A stretch of DNA of 64,000 nucleotides from the human T2T-CHM13v2.0 reference genome, Homo sapiens: assembly GCF_009914755.1 (NCBI RefSeq), contig NC_060927.1. One strand, given 5' to 3'. The position numbers and the translations under genes were made by a program. The notes below the pieces were generated by a model, which saw nothing but the letters and a program-made list of their open reading frames with translations, had not been told where the DNA came from and did not search any database. How positions within the stretch are numbered: position 1 is the stretch's first letter; every line of letters begins with the position of its first letter. Shown in pieces: positions 16,455 through 30,333 of this stretch.

Positions 16455-17695
16455 CATTGGTGTTGAGGTGAGCATTGGTGAAAACCTTAAATGCAAAAAC
16501 TGGGTATAGGCTCATTAAAAAAAAAAAAAGTTGAAAATCACTTAAATTTTCAAGAGAATGAGAAGCCACAGAAAATATTTGCAAAAGATGTATCTGATAA
16601 AGAGGTATTATCCAAAATATACAAAGAAATCTTAAAACTCCACAGTAAGCAAACAACTTTGTATATTAAAGTTGAACATTCATTTAAAAATATATAAAAG
16701 TTGTTTAATATATAAAAGTTTGATTAAAAATGGGCCAAAGACCTTAACAGACATCTCATCAAAGATGATATACAGATGGAAAATAACCACATGAAAAGAT
16801 GCTCCACATCATACATCATCAGAGAAATGCAAATTAAAACGATAGTCAAATACCTCTTTACACCTATTAGAATGACCAAAACCAAAAACACTGACAACAT
16901 CAAATGCTAATGAGGATGGGGAGCAGCAGGAACTCTAATTTATTGCTGGTGGGAATGCAAAATGGTACAGCCACTTTGGAAGACAGTTTGGCAGTTTCTT
17001 ACTAAACTAAGTATAGTTTATTACTATACTTTTAACATACAATACAGCATGTCACTCCTTGGTATTTACCTAACGGAGTGGAAAACTTAAGTCTACACAA
17101 AAACCTGCATACATCGATAGCAAACGTATTTATAATTGCCAAAACTTGGAAGCAACCAAGATGTCCTTCAATGAGTGAATAAACTGAGATACATCCAGAC
17201 AATGGAATATATTTAGGACTAAAAAGAAATGCGCTAACAAGCCATGAAAAGACAGAAGAAACTTAAATACATATTACTAACTGAAAGAAGCCAATCTGAA
17301 AAGGCTTCATACTGTATGATTTCAACTACATAATATTCTCAAAAAGACAAAACTATGGAGACAATGAAAAGATCAGTAGCTGCCAGGTATTAGTGGGGAG
17401 GGTAAATATTTAGGACAGGGAAAATATTCTGTATGATGCTGTAATGATGGATACATGTCATTAAACATGTTTCCAAATCCACAGACTATACAACACCAAG
17501 AGTGAACCCTAATGTAACCTATGGACTTCGATTATGATGTGTCAAGGCCGGTTCATCCTTTATAACAAATGACACATTCTGGTGGGGGATATTGATAGTA
17601 AGGGAGGCTATGCATGCAGGGGGTATGTGTGAAATGTGTACTTTCTGCTCAGTTTTGCTGTGAACCTACAACTCCCAAAAAATTGTCTTTAAAAA
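16455..17695 (+). mobile_element. Old L1M (L1MC-like) ORF2 end and 3' UTR
   Basis: Degenerate aaaatgggccaaagaccttaacagacat... and caacaccaagagtgaaccctaatgtaa motifs. Confidence 0.75.
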
Positions 17696-18642
17696 ATTAT
17701 TTAATATTTAAAAATTAATGCCACAATAAGAAATAAGAAAATAGAATGAAAATTCTTGTTGAAAGTTTGAATACTTTTTTATTTTAGAAGAAACATTAAA
17801 ATGAAGGAAAAAGTATGGGAAAATAATTTGTAGGAGATTCCCAAGGATGCTTTTTGTGCTTTAGATACTGATTCTTTAGGACAAACATATAAGCTTATCT
17901 TCTCTTTTCCCTGGTATAAATTTCACCATTCTCGAGCTTAACCATCATTGAGGTAATCCAGCATTTACAAACAAAATGACGGAAGGGAAAGAAAACATAT
18001 TTTTCTAAGATCATTAAGCAAAAATTGGAAATGAGGAGAGAAAGAGAGAAAGGCATTATGGAGAAAGAGATATACATAAGAGGGACAAAGAAAGAGAGAA
18101 GGAAAGGGGGCAGTGAGGGAGAGATACTGCAATTAAGTGGGAGCCATCACCCAGGACACCACCTCAGTTTCTTGTCTGAGGATTTAATGGGAGAGCTGGG
18201 AATGAGTACTCTTGGAACTGAGAGGAACTGGTAACCAGGAATGGATAACCCAGGGATTTACCCCAGAAGTAGTTGCAAATCAGGCACTATACGATTGGGA
18301 ATACATCCACAAACCTTCTAGGACTTAAATTCCTTTTTAAAGTAAAGTCAGCTGTATTTTTTTAGAGTCTCAGGCCTGGCAAAGCAGAGGTTTTTGCCTT
18401 TACACTATTGGGCAAAATTACTTCCAGGCACAGTTTTGTTTGACTATGTTCATTGAAGCTAAAGAGCAAATCCTAGAATTGTGATTTCACTGGAGAGAAT
18501 CTTTGTGCCTACTCTGTTTTGTTTTTGCATCTTCTTCCCTCTTCCCAGCAGGGACATCTAGTCCCCATTTAGGGAAACTGAAGTCCCTAGCTTGTGGCGC
18601 TTCTCTCACTCCCCTAGTCATATCTGAGACAATACACTCATA

Positions 18643-19258
<616 letters not shown>

Positions 19259-19417
19259 TTATAGTTTATTGATTGAAATAATACATTTAGATCACAAAGT
19301 TCAAGCAGACATTTGGATTTTAAACACTGGCAGTGAAAAACTTTTTCATGGAATTTCAAATGGACAGTTTGGTAATATTAACAGTGGTAGAGAAGCGATC
19401 AGCCTTGGACATAGAAG

Positions 19418-19577
19418 TAGGACCGGCTTCATAATTTGCAGCGCCCAATGCAAAATGAAAATGTGAAGTTCTTTATTCAAAATTATTAAGAATTTCAAAG
19501 CTGTGACAACAGAGCATTAAACCAACTACAGGGTCCTGTGTGACTGCATAGGTCACATACACATAAAGCCAACCCTG
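19418..19577. mobile_element. MER45-like hAT MITE
   Basis: Perfect 8-bp TSD CATAGAAG (19410-19417 and 19578-19585); degenerate TIRs. Confidence 0.75.
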
Positions 19578-19789
19578 CATAGAAGCTACTGAAACTCCAC
19601 CTCCCTCTGACCTATAAGAAGTTCTTTAGTTTGTTTCTGGACATCCCCCTGTTCCCTAGAAGAGGAAGAGGTAGTGGCCAATCACACCAAGACTGCTGGC
19701 TCTGGATTGGTAGCCGCTAAGAACTGAGGAGATTTTCGTTTTCTACTTCTCTATTTTTTCTTTGTAAATTTTTATTTATTATTTTTTAA

Positions 19790-19969
<180 letters not shown>

Positions 19970-20161
19970 TGAATACTTTTTGTATTTTTTGTAGAGACAG
20001 GGTTTCATCATGTTGCCCAAGCTGGTCTTGAACTCCTAGACTCAAGTGATCCTCCCCTCCTCGGTATCCCAAAGCGCTGGGATTACAGGCATGAGCTACC
20101 GCTCCTGGCCTATTTGGTACTTTTTTTAAAGATGGGGTCTTGCTCTGTCACCCAGGCTTGA

Positions 20162-20422
<261 letters not shown>

Positions 20423-20549
20423 TAACATTCTATGTTGAGCACTTTATTTTTCATTGAATTCTAAAACATATATTTACTTTTTGAATAAGTATTACAAGAC
20501 AACAGCACACAACTTTAAAATACAAAAGTTACTTATGCAATAAGAATAA

Positions 20550-20880
<331 letters not shown>

Positions 20881-21344
20881 TAAGTCATTTTTAATGGTTG
20901 TTAAAATGCCACTAAATTAATATACCATGATTTATTTAATGCAGTGTTGGACACTGAAATTGTTTCTGATTTATAAATTTATAAAATAACATTGTGATGA
21001 ATATTTTTGTAATTAAAATCTTGAGCTATACATTATTATTTCTCTAGGTTAGATTTAGAAGTGGAATTGCTGGGTCAAGGTTCATGTACATTTTAAGGCT
21101 TTGGGTTTATGTTGACAGATTGTAGTTCCAAAAAACTGGACTTACTTATTTTCCCAAGTTAGTATAATGGAGTGCCCATTTTCCTACAAAATCACAAAAA
21201 CTGAGTATAGTTTTTTTTTCCTGTCCCACAATTATTACAACTTGATAAGTGAATATATTTTGTTTTCCTGATCAGCTTCTTCCAAGGCCCTAGGCTCACC
21301 AGGTCCTCCTCTATCCTGTACTCCCTGAACTCCTCCCATGCCTT

Positions 21345-21810
21345 CTGTTTCGGCGGTCCCATGACCCAAGTTCAGTGATTAGGTAGAAAGACTCACAAGA
21401 TGGAATAGCAAGTAATATTCGTGGTAAGGCTTATTACAGCAAAGGTTACAGAGCAAAAGCAGTGGGAAAAAGATATGCATCAAGGGAGTTCAGAGAGGCC
21501 AGGCACAGGCTTCCTAAGCATTTCCCATTGGGTACTACATAGGAGTTCCCTCGCTCTCACTTTCTCTCTCTGGCAGTGAATTTGGGATATGTCTCTGCCC
21601 AGGGAAGCCCCTTTGAGTTTTAGGATCTGAGACTTTTATGGAGGGGCTGGTGACTTAAGCATATCCTACTATCCCTCCAGCACAGTAACCAAAACTTAAA
21701 ACTCCAAAAATAAAACCAGGTATATACATCATTAGTCTTTTTTATTTTGATTTTTAGTAAGTCGAAAATAATATCATACATCATTAGTTTTTATGCTTGT
21801 GCAAAGCAAC
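21345..21810. mobile_element. MER21/MER77-like LTR fragment
   Basis: agactcacaag...ttattacagcaaagg...gaggccaggcacaggcttcc resemblance from memory. Confidence 0.45.
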
Positions 21811-22076
21811 CTGATGATAGTTATGATTCTGTTTGTTCTTACATTTGAGCCCTGTGTTTTTTAGATAACTAGACTTCAAAAGTCCTTGTTTCAGAATTTT
21901 ATCATAGGCCTCTTACTCTAGCCCTTTCCTCATACAGAGGTCTGGCCCTTGCTTTTTAAGCTTGCTGGCCTAAACAACTTGCTGGCTATGGTTCTTGCCT
22001 CTGTGTAATGGCCTCCCAGACATGGACAGTCTACTATCTGAACTTGCAAGTATTGCCTTGTCTATAATTCTCTTTA

Positions 22077-22454
<378 letters not shown>

Positions 22455-22639
22455 TCAAAGAAGGAAAGATAAAGATAATACAGGGCTCTAAGTTAGGGTT
22501 CTTGGTTTGCAAACAAAATGTGGTAACTCATAGAGTCAAAGGAAAAGATGAAGAATGAGGCCCTGGAGAAGACAATACCCAGAGTAGTTTGGGGTCTAGA
22601 ACTTTCCTTAGGGTTCTTCTATTAGAATTAATCAGCTTC

Positions 22640-22743
22640 AATACCTTTTGGCTTTGGACACAGGCACACCTCTGGTGGGAATGTTTTGAATACCTTCGGC
22701 TTTGGACACAGGCACACCTCTGGTGGGAATGTTTTGAGTACCT
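22640..22743. repeat. Tandem duplication of a 48-bp unit (two copies plus a 7-nt stub)
   Basis: aatacctt..ggctttggacacaggcacacctctggtgggaatgttttg at 22640-22688 and 22689-22736. Confidence 0.95.
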
Positions 22744-23299
22744 CAAGTAGTAGTCCCAAGACTGTGTGCAATGGGGTCTTTCTGGTCCCCTGAAGAGAAA
22801 CTGAGGTACCATTACCAGAAGAAGGAATAGATGCTGAGAAAAACATGTATCCACTTTTTTATTATTATTATTATTTTATTTTTATTATAAGGAAGCCACC
22901 ACAAGATAATTGAGCTTGCTAATCAATTTTTGTATGGGGTATTTTATTTCTTACTTTTGATATTGAAATGGATACACTCGGCCTCCCAAAGTGCTGGGTT
23001 TACAGGCATGAGCCACCGCTCCCAGCCACTTTCACTATTTTCTGACTTGTTGAATTCCTTCCCGAGATGGTATCAAGGGCCTGGACACCAGCCAGGGTCA
23101 GGGTCCCACCAGCGTTTGGAGATCTTCCCTAGCTCACCAGTATCAATACTACCATGCCATCTTAGTGCCAGAGTTTTGCTTTTTGTTTATAATTATGTTG
23201 GTACCAATTTACCATCTGTTATTTGCAAGGGTTATGTTAAATGGCAATAATCTTTCTATGTCTGTTCTTTTACCCATATCTAATTTTTAAAATAAATTA

Positions 23300-23779
<480 letters not shown>

Positions 23780-24046
23780 TCACAAGGGAAAAAGAGACAA
23801 AGAGGCAGGGCAGGTTGGGAGATACATAAATAAAATAAATTGCAAAAGAAAAAAAGATATTTAATTTTGTTTAAGCACAGACCAAAAAAAGGTCACTGAG
23901 CTACCCACAAAACACCAAACATTCCTTTCCTTGGCCACGAAGAGGGACTGCTGCTGCTTTAACAATTAGACCTGAGGAAAGGAAAATAGCTGAGTAGCCT
24001 GAGCTATATCAGGTATGCAAATTTTTTTTTTTTCTTTTTTTTTTAG

Positions 24047-24199
<153 letters not shown>

Positions 24200-24677
24200 T
24201 AGTAGAGATGGGGTTTCAGCATGTTAGCCTGGATGGTCTCGATTTCCTGACCTTGTGATGCGTGCGCCTCGGCCTCCCAAGTACTGGGATTACAGGCCTG
24301 AGCCACTGTGCCTGGCAATGTATGTAAAATTTATCAGGTCCAGGGAAACAGGAGTATGGAACTTCAGTCGCACCAACCCCATTGTTTAAAGACATTTTAT
24401 GGCTACCTGTATCACCCATTATCTTATTTTTTTTGAGACGAGGTCTCACTCTGTCACTCAGGCTGGAGTGCAGTGGCACCATCAGGGCTCACTGCAGACT
24501 CGACCTTCCTGGCTCAGGTGATCCTCCCACCGCAGTCTCCTGAGTAACTGGGACGATAGGTGTGTGCCACCATGCCTAGCTAATTTTAAAATTTTTTGTA
24601 GAGGCAGGGTTTCATCATGTTGCCCAGGCTGGTCTCCTAGGCAGAGTGAGACTATGTCTCAAAAAAAAAAAATCTAA

Positions 24678-25322
24678 TTTTACTGGAAAGGGGTTCTGAT
24701 CCAGACCCCAAGAGTCAATTTTTGGATCTCACTCAAGAAAGGACTGGGGGCAAGTCCATGGAGTAAAGTGAAAGCAAGTTTATTAAGAAAGTAAAGGAAT
24801 AAAAGAATGGCTACTGCATATACAGAGCAGCCCTGAGGGCTGCTGGTTGGCTATTTTTATGGTTATTTCTTGATTATATGCCAAACAAGGGGTGAATTAT
24901 TCATGAGTTTTCTGGGGAAAAGGGCAAGAATTCCCCAGAATAAAGAGTTCCTCTTTCTTTTCAACCATATAGGGTAGTTTCCAGGTGTTGCCATGGCATT
25001 TGTAAACTTTCACTGCACTGGTTGGGGTGTCCTTTAGCATGCTAGTGTGTTAAATTAGCATACAATAAGCAGTAAAGGAGATAGCATGCGAATATATTAT
25101 AATTAGCAAGAAGTCACTTTTGTCTCTATCTTGGTTTTGGCTTCTTTACTGTATCCTGTTTTATCAGCTGGGTCTTTGTGACTTGAATCTTGTGCTGACC
25201 TCCTATCTCATCCTGTGACTAAGAATGCCTAACCTCCTGGGAATGCAGCCCAGCAGGTCTCCAACTCATTTTACTCAGTCCCTACTCAAGATGAAGTCAC
25301 TCTGGTTTGAACATCTCTGATA
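24678..25322 (-). mobile_element. MER41-family solo LTR (MER41B-like)
   Basis: Minus strand begins t(a)tcagagatgttcaaaccagag...ctgcattcccaggaggttaggcattcttagtcacaggatgagataggaggtcagcacaag; the other end reads gaaaggggttctgatccagaccccaagag on the plus strand. Confidence 0.8.
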
Positions 25323-25433
25323 ATAGAACCGCTCAGCACCCCAGCTCCATTTTCCAAATCATCCAATCAAGCCCCAGATCCTAACACCTCCTAATTGAGT
25401 CTTCTCATGGTTTCCCATGGTGTGCGTTCCCCC

Positions 25434-25773
25434 GTCTTAGTCCATCTTGGGCTGCTATAACAGAATAACTGAGATTGGGTAATTAATACAGAGATTTATT
25501 TCTTATAGTTCTGGAGGCTGAAAATTCCAAGATCAAGGGCTCCACATCTTATGGGGGCTTTGTGTTGTTATCCAATGGAGGAAGGTAAATGTGCAGGAGA
25601 GTGCAAGAGTGAAAGAGCAACAGATAGAAATCGAAGCCTTAAGCCCTTTCATAATTGGCATTAATCCATTCATGAGGGTGGAGCCCTCCCATTAGGCCCC
25701 ATCTCCCAACACTGTTACATTGGGCATTAAGTTTCCAACATATGCTTTTTGGGGGACATATTCAAACCATAGC
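25434..25773. mobile_element. MaLR LTR (MST/MLT1-like), apparently nested in an older LTR fragment
   Basis: gtcttagtccatcttgggctgctataacagaa ... gggacatattcaaaccatagca termini. Confidence 0.7.
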
Positions 25774-26016
25774 ATCCCTCTTGCTGCAATTAATGATAAA
25801 CAAAATTTTTCAATTACTGGTGTGTTCCTGGTCTTAAAAGTCTTTGACTTGTCCTAAAAGACACATCAACCAATGACAATGTATAAATTTCATTTTGATT
25901 CTGATTTTAACAAATGAACAGTAGGAAAATAAGTAGTTATTGAGACCACAGGATATTTGAACACTGACTAATATTACGCAATTACTATTTTTTAAAGGTG
26001 AGACAATGATACTGTG

Positions 26017-27695
26017 TGTCAGGCCTCTGAGCAAGGCCGTACTTCCAAAGGAAGTGGAGTCTCACTGCAACAGCCATCACAAGGCATCAGATCTCACTGC
26101 TCAAGGCAACGCTTATGCTGATAAGGTAGCTAAAAAGCAGCTAGCATTCTAACTTCTATCCTTCATGGCAGTTTTTCTCCTTCTCATCTGGTCACTCCCA
26201 CCTACTCCCCCACTGAAACTTCCGCCTATCAATCTCTTCCCACACAAGGCAAATGGTTCTTGGACCAAGGAAAATATCTCCTTCCAGCCTCACAGGCCCA
26301 TTCTATTCTGTCGTCATTTCATAACCACTTCCATGTAGGTTACAAGCTGCTAACCCGTCTCTTAGAACCTCTCATTTCCTTTCCATCGTGGAAATCTATC
26401 CTCAAGGAAATCACTTCTCAGTGTTCCATCTGCTATTCTACTACCCCGCAGGGATTGTTCAGGCCCCCTCCCTTCCCTACACATCAAGCTCGGGGATTTG
26501 CCCCGCCGAGGACTGGCAAATTGACTTTACTCACATGCTTCAAGTCAGGAAACTAAAATACCTCTTGGTTTGGGTAGACATTTCACTGGGTGGGTAGAGG
26601 CCTTTCCCACAGGGTCTAAGAAGGCCACCGCGGTCATTTCTTCCCTTCTGTCAGACATAATTCCTCAGTTTGGCCTTCCCACCTCCTCTCTTTCCTTGAA
26701 AATCACTGAAGCCTCGACTTACTCACTGCTGAAAAAGGAGGACTTTGTATATTTTTAAATGAAGAGTGTTGTTTTTACCTAAATCAATCTGGCCTGGTAT
26801 ATGACAACATAAAAAAACTTAAGGATAGAGATAGAGCCCAAAAACTCTCCAACCAAGCAGACAACAACGTTGAACCCCCTTGGACACTCTCTAATTGGAT
26901 GTCCTGGGTACTCCCAATTCTTAGTCCTTTAATACCTATTTTTCTCCTTCTTTTATTCGGACCTTGTGTCTTTCATTTAGTTTCTCAATTCATACAAAAC
27001 TGCATCCAGGCCATCTCCAATAATTCTATACGACAAATGCTCCTTCTAACAACCCCACAATATCACCCCTTACCCCCAAATCTTTCTTCAGTTGAATCTC
27101 TCCCACTGTGGGTTCCCACGCCGCCCCTAATCCCGCTCGAAGCAGCCCTGAGAAACATCGCCTATTATCTCTCCATACCACCCCCAAAAATTTTCGCTGC
27201 CCCAACACTTTACCACTATTTTGTTTTATTTTTCTTATTAATATAAGAAGACAGGAATGTCAGGCCTCTGAGCCTAAGCTAAGCCATCATATCCCCAGTG
27301 ACCTGCACATATACATCCAGATGGCCTGAAGCAACTGAAGATCCACAGAAGTGAAAATAGCCTTAACTGATAACATTCCACCATTGTGATTTGTTTCTGC
27401 CCCACCCTAACTGATCAATGTACTTTGTTGATCAGTAATCTCCCCCACCCTTAAGAAGGTTCTTTGTAATTCTCCCCACCCTTGAGAATGTACTTTGTGA
27501 GATCCAACCCCTGCCCCCAAAATATTGCTCTTAACTCCACCGCCTATCCCAAAACCTGTAAGAACCAATGATAATCCCACCACCCTTTGCTGACTCCCTT
27601 TTCGGACTCGGCCCGCTTGCACCCAGGTGAAATAAACAGCTGTGTTGCTCACACAAAGCCTGTTTGGTAGTCTCTTCACACGGACATGTGAAACA
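26017..27695 (+). mobile_element. Internally deleted HERV-H provirus (5' LTR stub, pol/integrase piece, env TM piece, 3' LTR7)
   Basis: TG...CA ends with 5-bp TSD CTGTG (26012-26016 and 27696-27700); integrase HNHFH...CSIC and WQIDFTHM; env ISD LDLLTAEKGGLCIFLNEECC; polypurine tract before the 3' LTR. Confidence 0.92.
27258..27695 (+). mobile_element. LTR7-family 3' LTR
   Basis: Starts TGTCAGGCCTCTGAGC; ctccc(c)cacccttRagaa repeats; AATAAA at 27631; ends ctcttcacacggacatgtgaaaca. Confidence 0.9.
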
Positions 27696-28405
27696 CTGTG
27701 GTCAATTTTTTTTCTTTTTAATAATAATTCTTTTTTAAAAATATGTGCTTAAATAATTGTAAGCCAGGCACAGTTGCCTGTGCCTGTATTCCTAACCACT
27801 TGGGAAGCTGAGGCAGGACTGCTTGAGCCCAGGGGTGTGAGGCTGCAGTAAGCTATGATCACGCCACTGAACTCCAGCCTGGGTGACAGTGAGACTGTGT
27901 TTAAAAATATATATATACAGATGAAATGATATGATGTCTGAGATTTGCTTCCAAATATGCCTAGGAAGGGAAGAAGTGTTTAGAGATATAGACAAATCAA
28001 GATTGTCAAAATGTATAGTAACTGTTAAAGCTTGCTAAGGTAGTTATTCTATTTTTGGATATGTTTGGAATTGTCCAAAGGTTTCCTAAAACTTATGTTT
28101 AATATTCTTTCAGGAGAAAGCAATATTGTAAGATCAAAGAAAAGGCCATAACAGCGCACCCAAAAAATTTCAGCATTACCATTCTGAGGGTCAGGAGTCT
28201 CCTCCCTTCCATCCGCCAACACTTGAATCAGGACTATAAAGTAGGTGTTTCCAAGTCTCAGGCAGGTAAATGGATAAATTGCAAAACTGGATGCAGAACT
28301 CACATCTGCCTCATACATAGGCCCTGTGACACCCCACCAGCTCCTTTGCTCCCTTTCTGCCTTTCTCATGCCGTCCCAGAGTCTTGCACACTACCAAGAT
28401 GGTGG

Positions 28406-28412
28406 TGAGTCA
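28406..28412. promoter_or_regulatory. AP-1 site TGAGTCA next to a YY1-like CAAGATGG
   Basis: Perfect heptamer at the upstream edge of the CpG island; function not shown. Confidence 0.4.
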
Positions 28413-28466
28413 GGACAGTGAAACAGGTCGGCTCTTCACTCCAGGAGTGTGCGCGGGCGCCGGACC

Positions 28467-28520
28467 GCGCAGGCGCATTACTGCTCCCCTCCCCCGACCT
28501 TGGCTGATCGCGCCTGCGCA
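28467..28520. promoter_or_regulatory. Two NRF1-type motifs in inverted orientation (GCGCAGGCGCA 28467-28477; GCGCCTGCGCA 28510-28520)
   Basis: Both match the NRF1 consensus YGCGCA(T/G)GCGCR or its reverse complement; NRF-1 control of SELENOT has been reported. Confidence 0.75.
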
Positions 28521-28598
28521 GTGGGGAGCAGCTCGCTCCTGGGCTTTGGGCTGGCTGCAGTCTGTCTGAGGGCGGCCGAAGTGGCTGGCTCATTTAAG

Positions 28599-28735
28599 AT
28601 GAGGCTTCTGCTGCTTCTCCTAGTGGCGGCGTCTGCGATGGTCCGGAGCGAGGCCTCGGCCAATCTGGGCGGCGTGCCCAGCAAGAGATTAAAGATGCAG
28701 TACGCCACGGGGCCGCTGCTCAAGTTCCAGATTTG
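28599..28735 (+). CDS. SELENOT: SELENOT exon 1 CDS (signal peptide MRLLLLLLVAASAMVRSEA...PLLKFQI plus TG of Cys46)
   Basis: aagATGa start; TG|gtgagt donor; 137 nt; recognised SelT N-terminus. Confidence 0.98.
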
Positions 28736-29990
28736 GTGAGTATGTGCACTGGGCCCCGGCCACCCCGCCGCGCCTCTGCTCGGCGCCATTGGCTACGCGA
28801 GGCCCCGGCTTCGCGGCCTAAATGGCCGCATCTTCGCTGGCCTCGTAGAACTGTGCCGGCGCCCTTCCACAGCCAGCCTTCTCGCGGCCCCTTAGCGCGG
28901 TCAGGCCGCCCTCCTTTTCCAGGTATAACTGCTCACTTGTTTTTTGCCTCCTAGAACAGTGGGAATGGGGAAGGAGGGCGCGAGAAGGTTAAACGCTGAA
29001 AGGCGAAGACTGGGGGACACCTGTTAGTACGGAGGACTGGTTGGCGGCGTCACGCCATAGCCACCCCGGCTGCCTGCGGAGATGGGGATGAGTAGGCGCC
29101 GCGTCGGCGGAGGAGCGCCAACCGTTTGTCAGTTCACTTTTTCTGCCCTCTTTTCCGGGGTAATGCCGGGCGGCTTCGCTGCCTGGCTAGATGAAGGTTA
29201 ATTCGGGTCATTGGAGAGGATCCGGGAGTGACAGACGCCGTTTTTCTCCTGAACTTGCTGGGGGGACTGTTGAGTTTGCGAATGGGGCGTCTGACAGCTG
29301 GAGGGGGTGGAAGGAAGGTCTGGGGATGCTGGTTCTGTTTGCCATTTCCAAAGTGTCAGAAAAGGAGCACGTTGTTCTTCTAAACATTGACAGTTCGCTC
29401 GCATTCCCTCCTCACCTGCCTCCCAGGAGTTGCCTGCTCTGGCATCTCTTTCTACCTTTCAGTTGTCTTGTGTATCCAGCAGATCTCGGCAGTTTTCGAC
29501 AGTGTTCTTTAAATGATTTTGTTTTTAACCTAATCGTTAGAAGCAGGGCAATGATGCATTTTATACGGTAAGTGGGGTTGCGGGTGGGGATTGAAAGGCT
29601 CTGAAGATGGGGGAAAAAACACCAAAATTGTAAAATTATAGAAATGAGAATCTTACACCTCCAAAGATGACATTTTCTCAGGATAAACCGACCATCCCAG
29701 AATAGCCAGATTAGTAAATCATCAGAGTCCGGATACATTGGAATGTTGGTGTTGGACATCATTCATTTAAAACCTTCTTTTAAGAACTTCATGTATTAGT
29801 ATATTAAAGTTTTGATTTTCTACTTCTCCAACTAGCTTTTTACTTACTCACTGAAGACCAAGCAAATCTTTAAAATAATTTTTAAAAATCGGCTTAAGGT
29901 GATGTTTGAGTTAGAAAATAAGATGGTGAGACTTTATTTTTTTGAGTGAAAACTAAAACATTGCAATTTCTCCTGATTAAAAACAAACAA

Positions 29991-30333
<343 letters not shown>

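Larger units (their letters stand above)
28440..29200. promoter_or_regulatory. SELENOT: CpG-island promoter of SELENOT
   Basis: Sharp GC/CpG enrichment around exon 1 in otherwise AT-rich DNA; boundaries judged by eye. Confidence 0.9.

Noticed and set aside
22640-22743. CRISPR-like repeat
   Set aside because: Two adjacent copies with no spacers, in eukaryotic DNA; a simple tandem duplication.
26899-27246. 115-aa hydrophobic ORF as a co-opted env protein
   Set aside because: Only the env transmembrane and tail remnant; the upstream ISD frame has a stop, and SU and the 5' LTR promoter are deleted.
28402-28412. NRF2 antioxidant response element
   Set aside because: The minus strand reads TGACTCACC and lacks the GC of TGACnnnGC; only an AP-1 core is supported.
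28737-28739. TGA after exon 1 as a second Sec codon
   Set aside because: It is part of the GTGAGT splice donor and is absent from spliced mRNA.
28478-29762. Several overlapping ORFs across the CpG island
   Set aside because: Explained by high GC content and antisense overlap with SELENOT exon 1; no recognisable protein.
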